Part shown: piece after piece, positions 62,465 through 64,000 of the stretch
Layout of the letters: each line of letters starts with the position of its first letter
Numbering within the stretch: position 1 is the first letter of the stretch
Assembly: GCA_964347035.1 (NCBI GenBank)
Contig: CAYFXE010000003.1
Location: forward strand, 17,570 to 81,569
Reading direction: 5' to 3'
From: an uncultured Eubacteriales bacterium
Lineage (GTDB): Bacteria; Acidobacteriota; Aminicenantia; Aminicenantales; Aminicenantaceae
Length of the DNA: 64,000 nt
Program-made: the position numbers and the translations under genes
Notes under the pieces: generated by a model
Database searches by the model: none
Told to the model about the DNA's origin: nothing
The model's input: the letters and a program-made list of their open reading frames with translations, nothing else

Positions 62465-64000
62465 TGAGCAAATCAAAGAAAGAAGAACTGGAAAAAACCA
62501 TCCTCTCTGAAGAAAAGGAGACTCAGAAAATCGCAGAGAGATACCATGTGCCTTATATCGATCTCTCTTCCTACACGTTGAGCCGTGATTTGGTTCAGTC
62601 TTTTCCGGTGGAGTTTCTTTACCGGTCGAATTTCATCCCGATTGAAGAAAACGAGAATATCGTCAAGATCGCCATCTCTGATCCCTCTGATATCAAGACC
62701 ATAGATGCTATTGAGTCCTATTTGGGGAAGAAAGTCCAGGTTTTTGCGGCCTCGAAGAGGGCGATTCATGAAGCCTTGAGGAAGAGCGAGACGGCCCTTC
62801 AAGTGCTCCGCGAAGCCACAGAAGGGTTTATTACTCAAGTTGTTGAAAAAGAGGGAGTCGAACAGGAGGAGGTCATCTCTGTCGAAAAACTGGCTGATCA
62901 AGATGGATCTATCATTAAACTGGTCAACTCTATAATTTTTACAGCGGTGCAGAAGAGAGCCAGTGATGTCCACATCGAGTCCAAAGAGGAGGGCGTGACC
63001 ATCAAATACCGCATCGATGGGGTTTTAAGCGAAGCCATGGAGCCGATCGACAAGAAATTTCAATCACCGATCATCTCTAGAGTCAAAGTCATGTCCGACT
63101 TGGATATCGCCGAACGACGAGTCCCTCAGGATGGGAGATTTCGTCTGAAGATCAAGGACAAGACGATCGATTTTCGAGTCTCCATCATGCCCAGCATCTA
63201 CGGAGAGGATGCTGTGATCCGGATCCTGGATAAAGAAATGATTACCGAGGCCATTTCGGAATTGAGGATGGACCTGCTCGGTTTTTCAGATGAAGTGCTA
63301 GCCAAGTTCCGGAAGTACATCGTCCAACCCTACGGAATGGTTCTGGTGACCGGGCCCACGGGGAGCGGAAAAACCACAACCCTGTATGCGGCCCTGACAG
63401 AGATCAAAGCTCCAGAGGATAAAATCGTCACCATCGAAGATCCGGTGGAATACCAGATAGATGGAATCACCCAGATTCCTGTCAACGAGAAGAAGGGGCT
63501 CACGTTTGCCCGGGGATTACGCTCCATTTTAAGACATGATCCAGATAAGATCATGGTCGGTGAGATCAGAGATCCCGAGACAGCTCAGATCGCCATCCAA
63601 TCGGCCCTGACCGGACATCTGGTTTTTACCACGGTTCATGCCAACAATGTGTTCGATGTCATCGGACGGTTTCTTCATATGCAGGTAGATCCTTACAGCT
63701 TTATTTCTGCGCTGAATTGTATCTTGGCCCAGCGTCTGGTGAGGGTGCTTTGTCCGCATTGTAAGATAGGTCATAAATACGACAATGACATGTTGCTAGA
63801 ATCTGGACTTGACCCGAAAATTTACAGAGACAAAGTGTTTTGCGAAGCCAAAGAATGTCCTGAGTGCAGTTACACTGGGTACCGGGGGAGAACAGCCATT
63901 GCTGAGCTGCTGGAGCTATCGGATGAAATCCGAGAGATGATATTAGATAAGAAGCCACTCTCCGAAGTTAGGAAGAGAGCCAAGGTCGAAGGAATGGTCT
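62464..64000 (+). CDS. Type II secretion / type IV pilus assembly ATPase (GspE/PilB family), 3'-truncated by the window end
   Basis: Not in the ORF track because there is no stop codon in the window. The ATG at 62464 overlaps the gspF stop. Manual translation shows the N-terminal T2SE_Nter-like region (ERYHVPYIDL...), Walker A VLVTGPTGSGKTTTLYAAL, the Asp box and the tetracysteine region CPHCK...CPECS. Confidence 0.9.
   Translation, partial: MSKSKKEELEKTILSEEKETQKIAERYHVPYIDLSSYTLSRDLVQSFPVEFLYRSNFIPIEENENIVKIAISDPSDIKTIDAIESYLGKKVQVFAASKRAIHEALRKSETALQVLREATEGFITQVVEKEGVEQEEVISVEKLADQDGSIIKLVNSIIFTAVQKRASDVHIESKEEGVTIKYRIDGVLSEAMEPIDKKFQSPIISRVKVMSDLDIAERRVPQDGRFRLKIKDKTIDFRVSIMPSIYGEDAVIRILDKEMITEAISELRMDLLGFSDEVLAKFRKYIVQPYGMVLVTGPTGSGKTTTLYAALTEIKAPEDKIVTIEDPVEYQIDGITQIPVNEKKGLTFARGLRSILRHDPDKIMVGEIRDPETAQIAIQSALTGHLVFTTVHANNVFDVIGRFLHMQVDPYSFISALNCILAQRLVRVLCPHCKIGHKYDNDMLLESGLDPKIYRDKVFCEAKECPECSYTGYRGRTAIAELLELSDEIREMILDKKPLSEVRKRAKVEGMV

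Noticed and set aside
1-64000. Scan for tRNA/rRNA genes, CRISPR arrays, tandem repeats, transposases, integrases, phage or defence-system genes.
   Set aside because: I found no T-loop/acceptor-like tRNA signatures, no regularly spaced direct repeats and no mobility or defence-type protein motifs by eye. A tRNAscan/Infernal/CRISPR-finder run would be needed to confirm the negatives.

Overview
This 64-kb window looks like core chromosome from a Gram-negative-type bacterium, probably uncultured, with moderate GC. It holds about 59 protein genes and I found no rRNA, tRNA, CRISPR array, transposase or integrase. All calls rest on manual reading of the sequence and ORF track: no searches were run, motif assignments are from memory, and hand-indexed coordinates may be off by 1-2 nt.

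Most of the window is housekeeping. The recognisable blocks are:
- A 5'-truncated sugar transferase, then pgsA, hflX and miaA.
- A MacA-like adaptor and ABC ATPase.
- suhB, then accB-accC.
- ffh-rpsP-KH-rimM-trmD-rplS-rnhB.
- A sigma54 activator.
- nhaC-iadA.
- A long minus-strand run: M50 protease, trpS, scpAB, ggt, a DctM-like permease, an M14 deacylase, ispH, rpsA, ihf, HIT, an acyl-CoA dehydrogenase, ppiD and an M29 peptidase.
- A NuoE/NuoF-GltD/FeS/GltB-FMN operon.
- asnC-speH.
- An M1 peptidase.
- An NtrC-type two-component pair.
- gspF, followed by a 3'-truncated gspE.

The most unusual content is non-coding:
1. A GC-rich element of about 110-130 nt occurs three times on the same strand in intergenic DNA (15273-15400, 25381-25489, 51977-52114). 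It has a nearly invariant core CGACCGTTRGAAGGGG and hairpins that covary between copies, and each copy ends at a TTGA(C/A)T -35-like box.
2. A palindromic hairpin family is built on GGGGTCAGRCCTT (11783-11881, 25236-25318, 45740-45820).
3. There are two consensus sigma54 promoters with candidate upstream activator sites. One site shares a 12-mer, CAGTTATCAGTT, with the region upstream of the kinase operon.

Coding-side oddities:
- A NuoEF-type module is fused or linked to GltD and to a lone GltB FMN domain, which could be an uncharacterised Bfu-like electron-bifurcating oxidoreductase.
- An adaptor-ABC ATPase pair is followed by a Yip1-family membrane protein instead of an FtsX permease.
- A ggt / DctM-like / M14 cluster lacks DctP and DctQ.
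- rimM (at a T9 run) and ppk2 each carry a single-nucleotide frameshift.
- One ORF is strikingly AT-rich.
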